DNA of 64,000 bases from Lama guanicoe (Eukaryota). The notes beneath the pieces were generated by a model that saw only the letters and a list, made by a program, of their open reading frames with translations, was not told the origin of the DNA and ran no database searches. The stretch is from assembly GCA_013239625.1 (NCBI GenBank), contig MU057343.1, forward strand, positions 19,264,195 through 19,328,194, given 5' to 3'. The position numbers were made by a program, and so were the translations under genes. Of this stretch, positions 63,835-64,000 are shown piece by piece (positions within the stretch are counted from its first letter, which is position 1; every line of letters starts with the position of its first letter).

Positions 63835-64000
63835 ATTTTTAAAAAGTTTCTTTATGAAAATTTCAAACATACACACAAAAAAATGAGATAACGAACCTCC
63901 ACTACTCATCACCCAGCTTCAACAGTGATCAAATTATGGCCAATTTAGTTCCCTCTACCCTCCCCACCTGCACCCCTGTCTAGACTGAAGCGATCTTGAC
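63835..64000 (-). mobile_element. Old L1 (L1MC4/5-type) 3' end
   Basis: tttatgaaaatttcaaacatacac...catcacccagcttcaacagtgatcaaattatggccaatt. Confidence 0.8.

Noticed and set aside
1-64000. CRISPR arrays, prokaryotic operons, tRNA/rRNA genes, processed pseudogenes
   Set aside because: The sequence is mammalian. The tRNA-like A/B boxes belong to SINEs, and no repeat-spacer array or recognisable retrocopy was seen.

Overview
Mammalian genomic DNA, most likely from a camelid (alpaca, vicuna or camel). The basis is two copies of a camelid-type tRNA-derived SINE and cetartiodactyl-type L1 3' ends; no database search was run. The window is repeat-rich intergenic or intronic sequence: many MIR and L2 relics, old and young L1 fragments (several with clear target-site duplications, TSDs), a MaLR/MLT1 LTR, hAT MITEs, microsatellites and four assembly gaps. 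I recognise no known protein-coding gene, and the ORF track is mostly noise or repeat-derived. The most notable unexplained structure is a cluster of strong + strand splice signals at 0.5-9 kb. It outlines a candidate multi-exon transcript with exons 559-723, 2715-2740, 5175-5214, 6594-6678, 6871-6946 and a terminal exon from 8429 with AATAAA at 8993. Including the 26-nt exon gives a complete 52-aa microprotein. Skipping it gives a ~160-codon frame interrupted by a single TGA. Repeat boundaries are approximate and family names come from recalled consensus sequences.
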